The notes beneath the pieces are model-generated. The model was not told the origin of the DNA and did not search any database. It worked only from the letters and a program-made list of their open reading frames with translations. From an uncultured Chlamydiales bacterium (GTDB lineage Bacteria > Chlamydiota > Chlamydiia > Chlamydiales > JAAKFR01): DNA of 64,000 bases. Position numbers and translations under genes: made by a program. Each line of letters opens with the position of its first letter. Position 1 is the stretch's first letter. Shown piece by piece: positions 1 to 9,141 of this stretch. The DNA lies in the NCBI GenBank assembly GCA_963705695.1, contig CAVPKN010000043.1:103-64102 (forward strand), read 5' to 3'.

Positions 1-309
1 CAGTTTGGAGTTCGTGCAGGGTAGGGTTGCCGAAAGGGTTTTGGGGGCGGACGTTAATGTGGAGATGGCTGGGAAGGGTGTGTTGGGAGAGGCGGAATAC
101 TTTCCCGGACAAGCCGTTTGAAGAGAGATTCGTTCCGAGGCTTTCCCAAATTTGCGTGAAACCGTGATTCCTAGTTTTAAGGACGATTTTTTGCTCTCAC
201 AGATCTGAATGGAAAGATATTTCCCTGAGGCCGTGTGTCCATAATGTGTCACCCTTCGAAATTGATGGGGGAAGAGGAGTCGGAGTGACTTAGGAAATCT
301 CCATCTCAT
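1..309 (-). CDS. rnpA: RNase P protein component (partial, runs off window start; at least two frame disruptions as sequenced)
   Basis: The minus-strand ATG at 309 overlaps the rpmH stop (ATGA). Translation gives MRWRFPKSLRLLFPHQFRRVTHYGHTASGKYLSIQ..LKLGITVSRKFGKASE. It continues in two other frames as LFKRLVRE and VFRLSQHTLPSHLHINVRP. This fits the RnpA core pattern (G..VSKK.GKA..RN..KR..RE.FR) and the canonical rpmH-rnpA order. The fragments are too short for the ORF track. Confidence 0.55.
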   Translation of the reverse strand, partial: MRWRFPKSLRLLFPHQFRRVTHYGHTASGKYLSIQICESKKSSLKLGITVSRKFGKASERISLQTACPGKYSASPNTPFPAISTLTSAPKTLSATLPCTNSKL

Positions 310-444
310 GCCGCTATCAGTTGATGACGACCTTCCCGTCGTTTTCGAGCAAGGATCCTCCTTCCATTTTTTGTGCTCATCCGTTTGCGGAAGCCGGTGG
401 CCATTTTGCGACATTTTTTTGCTCGGTTGGTAGGTCCGTTTCAT
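306..444 (-). CDS. rpmH: 50S ribosomal protein L34 (one frameshift in an A7 run as sequenced)
   Basis: Own translation gives MKRTYQPSKK, then after a 1-nt shift CRKMATGFRKRMSTKNGRRILARKRREGRHQLIAA. This is the classic L34 signature. The span is 139 nt, which is 3n+1, so one extra A in the run agcaaaaaaatg explains the break. Confidence 0.8.
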
Positions 445-769
445 GACTCAAAACCCTTTTTAATCTTTTGAGAGCGTGGATAGCAAATCCCCCCGAAATT
501 GACAATAGAAACTCCGTATTAGGCAGGGCGCCGACCATAGATGCCAATCCCGATCTAAAAATAATGCCCCCCTTTCAATGCAACGATCCAATATTAAAAA
601 AATTATCTGCTGGCAATGTTACCAACTAGCTTAACACAGACCAGATGTTTACTTAGGTGATGACACACTTTTTTGATGGGGTAGTCGATTTTAAAAAAGA
701 GAATGGTGACTTGCCAAGAAGTGGGGTTTAGGGTAAATTACCCCCTTTAACTGAAAATTCTGGGATGAT

Positions 770-907
770 ATGAAAGTAAGAGCTTCGGTCAAAGCAGATC
801 CTTCTAAGGGCGATAAGCTCGTCCGTAGGCGAGGACGTCTCTATGTCATCAATAAAAAAGACCCAAACCGGAAGCAGCGGCAAAAGGGTCCAGCTCGTAA
901 GAAATAG
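770..907 (+). CDS. rpmJ: 50S ribosomal protein L36, cysteine-free (zinc-independent) form
   Basis: Own translation: [45 protein letters not shown] (45 aa). The L36 signature is present but the CxxC...C...H zinc ligands are absent. The gene is missing from the ORF track because it is under 60 aa. Confidence 0.9.
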   Translation: MKVRASVKADPSKGDKLVRRRGRLYVINKKDPNRKQRQKGPARKK

Positions 908-920
908 GTGCATGTAGCGT

Positions 921-1228
921 ATGGCAAAAACATCTTCCATTGCAAAGCAAAAGAAAAGGGAAAAATTAGTCGCTTTAAATTGGCAGCGGCGCGCTGATTT
1001 AAGAAACAAAGCGAAAGATCTTCATTTGAGTGATGAGGAGCGGGAAAAAGCAAGGACCGCTCTGAATAAAATGCGACGAGACACTTCCCCCAGCAGGCTG
1101 AAAAATCGTTGCCAATTGACAGGCCGCTGCACATGGCTACCTGCGCAAATTCAAAATCTCTAGACTCTGTTTCCGCGAACTCGCCCGGAATGGGGATAAT
1201 CCCTGGTGTCACAAAAGCAAGCTGGTAG
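921..1228 (+). CDS. rpsN: 30S ribosomal protein S14 (two frame disruptions as sequenced)
   Basis: The ORF 921..1163 reads [16 protein letters not shown]...[14 protein letters not shown]. It continues in other frames as [21 protein letters not shown] and [10 protein letters not shown] ending at 1228. The second shift is at a GGGG run. Confidence 0.85.
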
Positions 1229-2396
1229 CTTCGGGACGTAGATCCCTTAAAAATTGGGTACATGGCGTACAGACGATTTCCCCTTTTTTATAACGATCTT
1301 GACCGCGATAGAGAAGGAGGCACACTGCTTCAGGGTAGTCTGCTTTAAAGGCTTGGAGACCTTTGAAGTCATTTGGAGAAAGACGATCTGAATTTTTCAC
1401 CTCAATCGCCCACACCCGATCTGGCCCATAGAGGATAAAATCAACTTTTAAACCAGAGCGGGTCCTCCAAAAATAGAGTTCATAAGGCTGAGGAGTTAAA
1501 TCGATCCATGCCTTTAAATGTTGTGCAACGAGTCCTTCCAAGGTAGCTCCTTCAATTTCTTCAGGTCGATCAAAGGGCCCGCATGGCCTCAATGAGCGGA
1601 ACACACCACAGTCAAAAAAATAGAATTTGGGATGTGCTATGAGCGCTCGTTTGGCTCGTTTCGAAAAAATGGTCAGAGTGAACGAAAGTAAAAGATCTTC
1701 AAGGATATGAAGAAAGTTGTCGATTGTTTTGCGGGGTATGGCGCATTCCCGTGCAATGTTTGCTGTATTAAGGAGGGTTGCATGGGAAAAGCTGACTATC
1801 TCTAAGAAGCCGGCAAAGGTGCCTATTTGCCTAACAAGCCCCTCTGCCTGAACTTCTTCTTTGAGATATAACCCTGCATAGGCCTGCAAAGTTTCTTGTG
1901 GCGAGGGTGAGCTTAGGACAAGAGGGAGCATGCCGATTTCAAGTGCCCTTTCTAAAGCAAACTCGATGCCCAGTTCTGAAGCCATAAATGGATGCATATG
2001 TTTAAGGAGGGCACGCCCCCCAAGCAAATTGACACCCTTCTTTCGAAGCTTGCGACTACTCGACCCCGTCATTACAAATTGATAGCCCTTATGCTCTTCA
2101 ATAAGAGAGTGGATTTCAGAGAGCAATGAAGGCACTTTCTGAATTTCGTCGATTACGATTACAGATGAGCTGGTAAATCCTTGGATTGTTTCCCTAAGAC
2201 GCTCAGGATACGCCTCATAAATTCTTAAAATCCTCAGGTCTAAAAGGTCTATCCATAAAGAATCTTCAAATGCTTCTTTAAGCCAAGTTGATTTTCCCGT
2301 TCCCCGTGGCCCAAATAAAAAAAAGCTTTGTTTCGGCAATTTTAAAAATCTGCGAATTGTATTCACAAAATGCTCCCAAAGTGGCCACTTTTTCAT
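1209..2396 (-). CDS. AAA-family ATPase of the COG1373 type (AAA_14 plus DUF4143-like C-terminal region)
   Basis: Intact 395-aa ORF. It has Walker A GPRGTGKST, Walker B VIVIDEIQK, and a later FYFFDCGVF motif typical of this family. Confidence 0.8.
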   Translation of the reverse strand: MKKWPLWEHFVNTIRRFLKLPKQSFFLFGPRGTGKSTWLKEAFEDSLWIDLLDLRILRIYEAYPERLRETIQGFTSSSVIVIDEIQKVPSLLSEIHSLIEEHKGYQFVMTGSSSRKLRKKGVNLLGGRALLKHMHPFMASELGIEFALERALEIGMLPLVLSSPSPQETLQAYAGLYLKEEVQAEGLVRQIGTFAGFLEIVSFSHATLLNTANIARECAIPRKTIDNFLHILEDLLLSFTLTIFSKRAKRALIAHPKFYFFDCGVFRSLRPCGPFDRPEEIEGATLEGLVAQHLKAWIDLTPQPYELYFWRTRSGLKVDFILYGPDRVWAIEVKNSDRLSPNDFKGLQAFKADYPEAVCLLLYRGQDRYKKGEIVCTPCTQFLRDLRPEATSLLL

Positions 2397-2410
2397 TCAA
2401 AATGGCATCT

Positions 2411-3229
2411 TCAGGGAAAAGTACAAGAGCTTTGGTTAAGGGAGTCCCCATGATCACGATTTATGGCTTTCTGGGGAGGGCTTTGATTTCGTCCTCGGGT
2501 TTTAGTGGGGCTAGCTTGTCCAAAAAGCTCACCTAGCCGGTTTAACTGCCTTTGCGAGAGATATAAGGCTTGATCGGGTGGTAGGTGCTTGACGCGCAAG
2601 CCTGGCCCAAAGGTAGGATGATTCCAATAGGAGATGTTTGGCTCTACTGCTGCTATCCAAGGATAGTAAATGGCCTTGCTCAAATCGACCCCTTCAAAAA
2701 GATGAGTCATGAAATCTGCCGATAGCTGAAGTGGGAACTCTCCCAAAACATTTCCTTTGAGATCTGAAGCAGCTTGCAGAATAGCCTCCACTTGAAGATT
2801 ATCTTCCTCTGTGATTTTCACATGTCTTGCAAGTAGCAGGATCTGCTTGGACAACGGGCTTTCTGGATCTGCTTGTGGATTGAAAATGGCATGCAACTCT
2901 GCGACACAATCATCGTTGGGATCGCGCTGTAAACCTGCCTGGACCTGGGCATATTCTTCAGCGGATCGATAGATGAGGTATTCCCGATCTCCCAAAACAA
3001 TCCCCATCACCCGATTTGTCAACGAGATGAGGTAAACCCGCGGCATAAAACGTATAAAGCGAAATAATTCCGCTTTTATTAGGTCACTCAAATGGGAACG
3101 ATTGCTCTCCTTTGTTTGTGCCACAATGTGGATGAGGCGTTTGGCCACCTCTTCGGGTAGGAATGTTTTTAATTGCTCTAAGGTGCCAGGAGCAACCACA
3201 AATGGAAATGGATATTGTTTAATACCCAT
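2411..3229 (-). CDS. hypothetical protein
   Basis: Intact 272-aa ORF, 14 nt upstream of the ATPase gene on the same strand. I recognise no motif. Confidence 0.6.
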   Translation of the reverse strand: MGIKQYPFPFVVAPGTLEQLKTFLPEEVAKRLIHIVAQTKESNRSHLSDLIKAELFRFIRFMPRVYLISLTNRVMGIVLGDREYLIYRSAEEYAQVQAGLQRDPNDDCVAELHAIFNPQADPESPLSKQILLLARHVKITEEDNLQVEAILQAASDLKGNVLGEFPLQLSADFMTHLFEGVDLSKAIYYPWIAAVEPNISYWNHPTFGPGLRVKHLPPDQALYLSQRQLNRLGELFGQASPTKTRGRNQSPPQKAINRDHGDSLNQSSCTFP

Positions 3230-3308
3230 TGTTTTCCCCGGAATCTCATCTCCGTTTTTATCACCTCGTCATTTTGAGGGACAAAGCCTAAAGTGCGCTT
3301 ATTGTTTC

Positions 3309-3750
3309 TCAAAGAGGATCGTGTTGAATGTGGGAATCGATCTGGATCTGAAAAAAAAGGGGATCGGCCAAGGGAAGGAAAGCGTTCCGCTCCAAAGCAG
3401 AAACAAGATCCCTTACAATAGCATGTGATTCATCTGGATCGAGAGCACAGAGAAGATGGGGAAAGATCACTGCCAATAGATACTCCTTTTCCCCTGTTCC
3501 ATCTGCTTCACGTACCTGCTCGATCAATCAGGGAGAGATCTTCCGAATTAAAGTGGTAAGTGCCGCCGCATAATTTTTCGATCTCTGCGACCCATTCTGC
3601 ATAGTATGACTTCAAGGCCCCTACAGCCTCTTCATGCACCAATTGATCTAATGATTGGGTGGGCAAAGCCTTCAGAAGGGAGGGGAGGGCTTCTGCAAGT
3701 TCTGTCACACTCATTTCCATAAGCAAATCTGGCAACAAATAGGCAGTCAA
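3309..3750 (-). CDS. hypothetical acidic protein, frame-disrupted (fragments 3508..3750 and 3309..3527)
   Basis: Two overlapping minus-strand ORFs lie in different frames and read through each other (..HFNSEDLSLID / EQVREADGTGEKEY..). This is consistent with one gene of about 145 aa carrying one frameshift. Confidence 0.45.
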
Positions 3751-3770
3751 CTCACCTAGGGAAAGGATCT

Positions 3771-4004
3771 TTAAAATTCCTCCTCATTGCGGTGATCGAT
3801 CCAATCAGCCACCCGTTGGTAGTTCTCTTCAGAATAATCCTCTAGATCGAGTCCCTCTGTGGGCATATCTTCAAAGAGAATCACCTCACATCCTGGCTTA
3901 AACCCTTTCCCTCCGAGAACAGGAGGCGCAGCTAAAGCTACAGTGCCCAGTAACCAGAGACCCCAAAGTCCTATGGCCGCTTTTATCACCCTTTTCCCCG
4001 TCAT
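3771..4004 (-). CDS. small secreted or membrane-anchored hypothetical protein
   Basis: 77-aa ORF. The N-terminal hydrophobic segment AAIGLWGLWLLGTVALAAPP looks like a signal peptide, and the C-terminal tail is acidic. Confidence 0.5.
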   Translation of the reverse strand: MTGKRVIKAAIGLWGLWLLGTVALAAPPVLGGKGFKPGCEVILFEDMPTEGLDLEDYSEENYQRVADWIDHRNEEEF

Positions 4005-4141
4005 AATCCACTCATTTGTAAAAAGATCCGCAAAATAGGTTAAGCCACGGAGTTCAAAAAAAGCAATCTATACTTAAGAGGAATATTAATTGGTTTCCTT
4101 GCCCCTGGTCCGGCATTAATTGGGCAAGCGCAAGGGGCGGG

Positions 4142-4557
4142 TTAGGGGGCGTGGGTCATTTCTTGGAGAAGTTCAGGAAGGTCAGCGAGACGCTTCCATT
4201 CCGCCATTTCCTCACCCCAAATAAAGGTGTGATCGGAAAGGAGACCCTCTCTCCAGACTTTGATCAGTCAGGGAGCTCCATAGGACCTTGTCGGTGGTGG
4301 TGAAGGTCAAGGTAGTACCACATTTTTAACCACAGGTCTGAGCGCTTAACAAGGATTTTTTTAGGAGGTGGCGCTTCACTCTTTTTCCCTACTTTTGGGA
4401 GGAAGAGGATCGTGGCAAGGGCGAAAAGCCCTAAAAAAAAGGCTATAGTAAACCAAATTAAGGGATGGCGTCCTCTTTTATTAGCCAAGTAGGCGCCAAT
4501 GGAGCCACAAAAAAGCCCTCCCAAAATCATCAAAACTTGCATATCCATGTGGTCCAT
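4142..4557 (-). CDS. membrane protein with C-terminal GYF_2-like domain (one frameshift near 4265)
   Basis: The ORF 4264..4557 has two hydrophobic helices and then WYYLDLHHHRQGPMELP. The next frame continues LIKVWREGLLSDHTFIWGEEMAEWKRLADLPELLQEMTHAP with a stop at 4142. This fits the WYY..GP...L......G.I...T.VW..GM..W pattern of GYF_2 domains. Confidence 0.6.
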
Positions 4558-4623
4558 TTTAAGGTATCACCCCTTTTTTTCCCACTGACAATCGCCTATG
4601 TGCAGGGCATAAATTTGCAGTCT

Positions 4624-4716
4624 AAAATAAATTTTAGTTCGTGAACGAGCCCGAGCCCGAGCCCGATTGCTATCTTTAATTCGGGGCACGGGCTCGGGCT
4701 CGGGCTCGTTCACGAA
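4624..4716. repeat. Palindromic GAGCCC-hexamer repeat element, family A, full copy
   Basis: The sequence is aaaataaattttagTTCGTGAACGAGCCCGAGCCCGAGCCCG, then a loop, then CGGGCTCGGGCTCGGGCTCGTTCACGAA. The arms are near-perfect inverted repeats of about 28 nt. Related copies lie at 21456, 50060 and 57261. Confidence 0.8.
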
Positions 4717-4791
4717 AATATATCTCGATCTGAGTTAATAACCTGTGTTTTGGGATTGACAGGGAGTGGCTGATAAAGTAGCTTTTTCCCC

Positions 4792-7258
4792 ATGGTTTGT
4801 GATGAAGAGGAGAGAAAGCATTCACCTATGATGGAGCAGTGGCATCGATGTAAATCGAGCGCCAAAGAAGCTGTTTTGCTCTTCCGGATGGGTGATTTTT
4901 ACGAGGCTTTCTACGAGGATGCTCATCTTTTATCTAAAGAACTCGACCTGACCCTGACGAGGCGGCAAGGGATTCCGATGAGTGGTGTCCCCTGGCATAC
5001 GGCAGAAAGCTATATCGACCGTCTGGTCGCCAAGGGGTATCGGGTTGCGATTGCTGAGCAGAGAGAGGATTCGAAACAAACAAAAGGTTTGTTACATCGC
5101 GAGATCGTCCGCTATGTGACACCCGGAACGTTGATCAGTTCGACATTACTGGGGGAGAAGGCGCACAATTTTGTAGGGGCTGCTACCCAAGTCGGCTCGC
5201 TCTTAGGTTTTGCGTTCTGCGATATCACAACAGCCACGTTCCGAGTTCTTGAAACCGAGGTTGAGCGGGAGCTTCTTAATGAAATCCACCGCCTCAATCT
5301 CTCCGAGCTCGTTATTTCGAAAAAGTTTCGGGAGAAGCAGAAACGACTTTTAAGCGAGTGCAGCAACGTTCCTCTCTATACAATCGACGAGTGGCGTTTT
5401 GAACACCAAACAGCGGCCCACTATTTAATCACCCATTTTCACGTGCCCCATCTGGATGGGTTTGGCCTAAAGGGGAGAGTAGCAGCGATCAATGCGGCCG
5501 GGGCTCTTTTAGCCTATATGGGGGAGGAACTCTCTCTCAATCAGTCATATTAAAGAGATGAAACCCTACGCAGCGACTGAAGGGTTGCTGATGGACCGGA
5601 CATGCCAACTGAATTTGGAGTTAACGGAGACCCTCTACAAATCCTCCCATTCAACAACACTGCTTCACGTGATCGATCAGACGTTAACTCCAATGGGAGG
5701 GCGCCTTTTAAGAGAGTGGTTAAAAAAACCTCTTGTGGACGTTCAGAAAATCGGAGCCCGGCAAGAGAGTATTGCCGAATTGCTCTCTTCCCCCTCTCTA
5801 TGTGTAGAGCTATCCCCTTTATTAAAAGAAGTCAGAGATATTGAGCGGCTGTTATGCAAGATCACTACAGGGTATGCCAATCCCCGTGATGTGGGCGTGT
5901 TTGCACGCTCTTTGGGGCACATCGGTCCGATTAAAAATCTCTTTCGCGCAACCAGATCGCCTGTGTTGCAAAAGGCGTGTGAAGAGCTGGTTGAACTGCC
6001 CGAACTCTGTGATGAATTGACGCGCGCCCTTGTCGAAGAACCGCCTCTGAGAGTGTCTGAAGGGGGGATCTTCCGTCCCGGTTTTAATCACGAACTCGAT
6101 CAACTCCGCTTGTTGATGCAAGGAGGGAGAGAGTGGCTGGCACAGTATCAAAATACCCTTAAAGAGGAGAGCGGTATTAAAAACCTGAAGGTCAGTTTTA
6201 ATAAAATCTTTGGGTATTACATCGAAGTCAGCAAAGGGCAAGCTCACTTAATTCCTCCGACTTTTGAGCGGCGTCAGACCCTCGTCAACTGTGAACGATT
6301 TATATCACCCCAATTAAAAGAGTATGAAACCAAAGTTCTTACCGCGGAGGAAAAGGCTCTGTCGCTAGAACAAAATCTTTTCCACGATTTGAGGGGAAAA
6401 GTGGCCACACATGAGAAGGCAATCTTTCAAACAGCGAGCGCCATCGCTCAAATCGATGTTCTCCTTTCGTTAGCGCGTTTAGCTCAAGAGAGAAAGTACT
6501 GCCGCCCTGTTGTCGATGGGAGTTCAGAGCTCCTCATCATGGAAGGGCGCCACCCAGTCGTTGAAGCGGTGAGCAATAAGGAGTATTTTATCCCAAACGA
6601 TCTTTCGCTCGATGGGGATAAAGAGCGCTTAATGGTGATTTCCGGTCCCAATATGGCGGGTAAATCGACCTTTATCCGGCAAGTGGCTCTGATTGTCATC
6701 TTAGCGCAAATGGGAAGCTTCGTCCCTGCTAAAGAGGCACGGATCGGTATTGTAGACCAGATTTTCACCCGGATCGGCGCCAGCGACGATCTCTCCCGAG
6801 GGCAATCGACGTTTATGGTGGAGATGAGTGAAACGGCTCATATTCTCAATAACCTGACTTGTCGCTCTTTGGTGATTCTCGATGAGATTGGACGGGGTAC
6901 TAGCACGTACGATGGGGTCGCAATCGCTTGGTCGGTGGGGGAATATTTGCTCAAAAGTAAGGCGAAGACACTCTTTGCCACTCATTACTGGGAATTGACG
7001 GAGCTCGAAAAAAGAATGGAGGGAGCGTGTAATTACCATGCTGCTGTGCAAGAGTGGAATGACGATATTATTTTTCTCCATAAAATTCTCAAAGGGAGTG
7101 CGGATCGGAGCTATGGGATCCATGTGGCCCGGCTCGCCGGTCTCCCCTCTACCGTTATTGAACGCGCACACTCTATTCTCAAGAAATTAGAGATACGGAA
7201 AGAGCAGGGGCGCGTGGCAAAAAAAGAAGCAGTTGATACCCAATTGTCTCTATTTTAA
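4792..7258 (+). CDS. mutS: DNA mismatch repair protein MutS (one frameshift near 5545-5558)
   Basis: Fragments 4792..5553 and 5558..7258 are in different frames. The N-terminal part reads SPMMEQW..RMGDFYEAFYEDA. Walker A is GPNMAGKSTFIRQ, followed by DEIGRGTSTYDG. Confidence 0.9.
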
Positions 7259-7275
7259 AAAGACATAGACGTACT

Positions 7276-9141
7276 ATGCCATTCGATGTCAATGAGCTAA
7301 AAAATTTTCCTGCCCAGCCCGGGGTCTATATGATGAAAGATCGGGAGGGCCATATTCTCTATGTAGGAAAGGCAAAAAACCTCCGAGCCCGGGTGAAACA
7401 ATATTTTGCCATAGGAGGTGACGGTCGGGAGATGGTTCCTTTTTTGACAGCTCAAGTGGAAACTATCGACACCCTTGTAGTGACTTCGGAAAAAGAAGCG
7501 CTCATTCTCGAAAATAACTTAATCAAACAACACCGACCGAAATACAATGCCCTCCTTAAAGATGATAAATCCTTTTTCAGTCTGATGATCAACCACAAGC
7601 ACCCATGGCCGATGATTCGGGTGGTTCGTTTCAGGGGGAAGCCTCCTTCCGGTAATCTCTATTTTGGCCCCTACGCTCATGGTTACGCTGCCCGTCAAAC
7701 CCTAGAACTGCTCCGCCATCTTTTCCCGATGCGGCAGTGTTCCGACAGAGAACTTCTCTCCCGTACACGTCCCTGTATCCTTTACGATATGAAGCGATGT
7801 ATCGCACCTTGCGTGCTCAAATGCACTCCTGAGGAATATGATCGTTTAGTCAAACAGGTGATCCAATTTTTACGTGGTCATAATAGTGCGATTCTCAAGG
7901 AATTGAAAGGGGAGCTGGAACAGGCGATTGAAAAGCTGGAGTTTGAGCACGCCAATCGCCTCCATTATACCATTCAATATATTGAAAAAACGCTCGAAAA
8001 GCAAAAGGTGGAAAAAGCAGGACAGGCCGATCTCGATGTGATCGGCCTTTATCGAGAAAGGGATCGGGTCGCTCTGACACAGTTGATTTTCCGCGAGGGG
8101 AAACTGATGAGTTCTAACGATCGCTTTTTTACCCATAATGCACAGAGTAATGAGGAGCTTCTCTCCTCTTTTATTGTTCAATCGTACACCGATCAAGAAT
8201 GGTTACCCCATGAGATCATTGTTAAACCTCTCCCTCCTGAGCGGGAGACATTAGCCCATCTGGTCTCAAGTGGGAAGAAAAGAACTGTTTCGATCCTCGC
8301 TCCTCAGAGGGGGAACAAAAAGGCCCTTCTTGAGATGGCCGACGCTAATGCTAAAGCCCGTTTTTTTAGACAACAAGATGCAGAAGATCAGCAGGAACAG
8401 CTCCTCATGTCAATGGAGGAGATCTTCCATTTGACCAACTACCCAGAGCGGATCGAGTGTTTTGACAATTCAAGTCTTTCGGGTAGCGAGCCGGTAAGCG
8501 CCATGGTGGTCTATGTTTTGGGAAAAAAAGAGAGTAAATGTTACCGGAAATTTGCGATTCGTAGCGCTGATCCCTCAGACGATTATGGCGCTCTGAGAGA
8601 AGTTCTGCAGCGCCGTTACAAAAAGGCAAAGGAGGAGGATAATCTCCCTGACTTAATCATGATCGATGGTGGAAAGGGACACCTCAATGTGGCGCAAGCG
8701 GTGTTGTCAGAGCTCGACATCAGCACGGTTGATTTGATCGCAATCGCTAAAGAGGAAGGGCGTCATGATAAAGGGATCACTGCGGAGCGCATTTTCCTGA
8801 CTGATAGCAGCGAGCCGATTGTGTTGAAGCCCCATTCCCCCCTCCTTTTCTTTTTGCAAAGAATCCGGGATGAGGCCCACCGTTTTGCGATCACCTACCA
8901 GCGCTTGAAAACAGGAAAGAGGAGTCTTGCCAGTCAATTAGATTCCCTCCCTGGGATCGGTCCGATTAAGAAAAACCGCCTCCTCAAGCATTTCGGCAGT
9001 GTCAAACGGATCCTTGAGGCGGGCCCTGAAGAGTGGCGATTGGTCCAAGGCCTCAATAAAAATGACTTAGAGACCCTCGCTCGCCTGAAACAGGGACATA
9101 TCGTTCCCCCATCTGAGACAGGTAGATCACATCATGTTTAA
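7276..9141 (+). CDS. uvrC: excinuclease ABC subunit C
   Basis: Intact 621-aa ORF. The GIY-YIG N-terminus reads GVYMMKDREGHILYVGKAKNLRARV, and a C-terminal HhH region is present. Confidence 0.95.
   Translation: MPFDVNELKNFPAQPGVYMMKDREGHILYVGKAKNLRARVKQYFAIGGDGREMVPFLTAQVETIDTLVVTSEKEALILENNLIKQHRPKYNALLKDDKSFFSLMINHKHPWPMIRVVRFRGKPPSGNLYFGPYAHGYAARQTLELLRHLFPMRQCSDRELLSRTRPCILYDMKRCIAPCVLKCTPEEYDRLVKQVIQFLRGHNSAILKELKGELEQAIEKLEFEHANRLHYTIQYIEKTLEKQKVEKAGQADLDVIGLYRERDRVALTQLIFREGKLMSSNDRFFTHNAQSNEELLSSFIVQSYTDQEWLPHEIIVKPLPPERETLAHLVSSGKKRTVSILAPQRGNKKALLEMADANAKARFFRQQDAEDQQEQLLMSMEEIFHLTNYPERIECFDNSSLSGSEPVSAMVVYVLGKKESKCYRKFAIRSADPSDDYGALREVLQRRYKKAKEEDNLPDLIMIDGGKGHLNVAQAVLSELDISTVDLIAIAKEEGRHDKGITAERIFLTDSSEPIVLKPHSPLLFFLQRIRDEAHRFAITYQRLKTGKRSLASQLDSLPGIGPIKKNRLLKHFGSVKRILEAGPEEWRLVQGLNKNDLETLARLKQGHIVPPSETGRSHHV

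Noticed and set aside
4638-4716. The short GAGCCC/CGGGCT repeat runs at 4638, 21456, 50060 and 57275 might be CRISPR-like or microsatellite arrays.
   Set aside because: The repeats are inverted arms of single hairpins, not direct repeats separated by unique spacers. There are only 2-3 hexamer units per arm and no cas genes. They are better described as REP-like palindromes.
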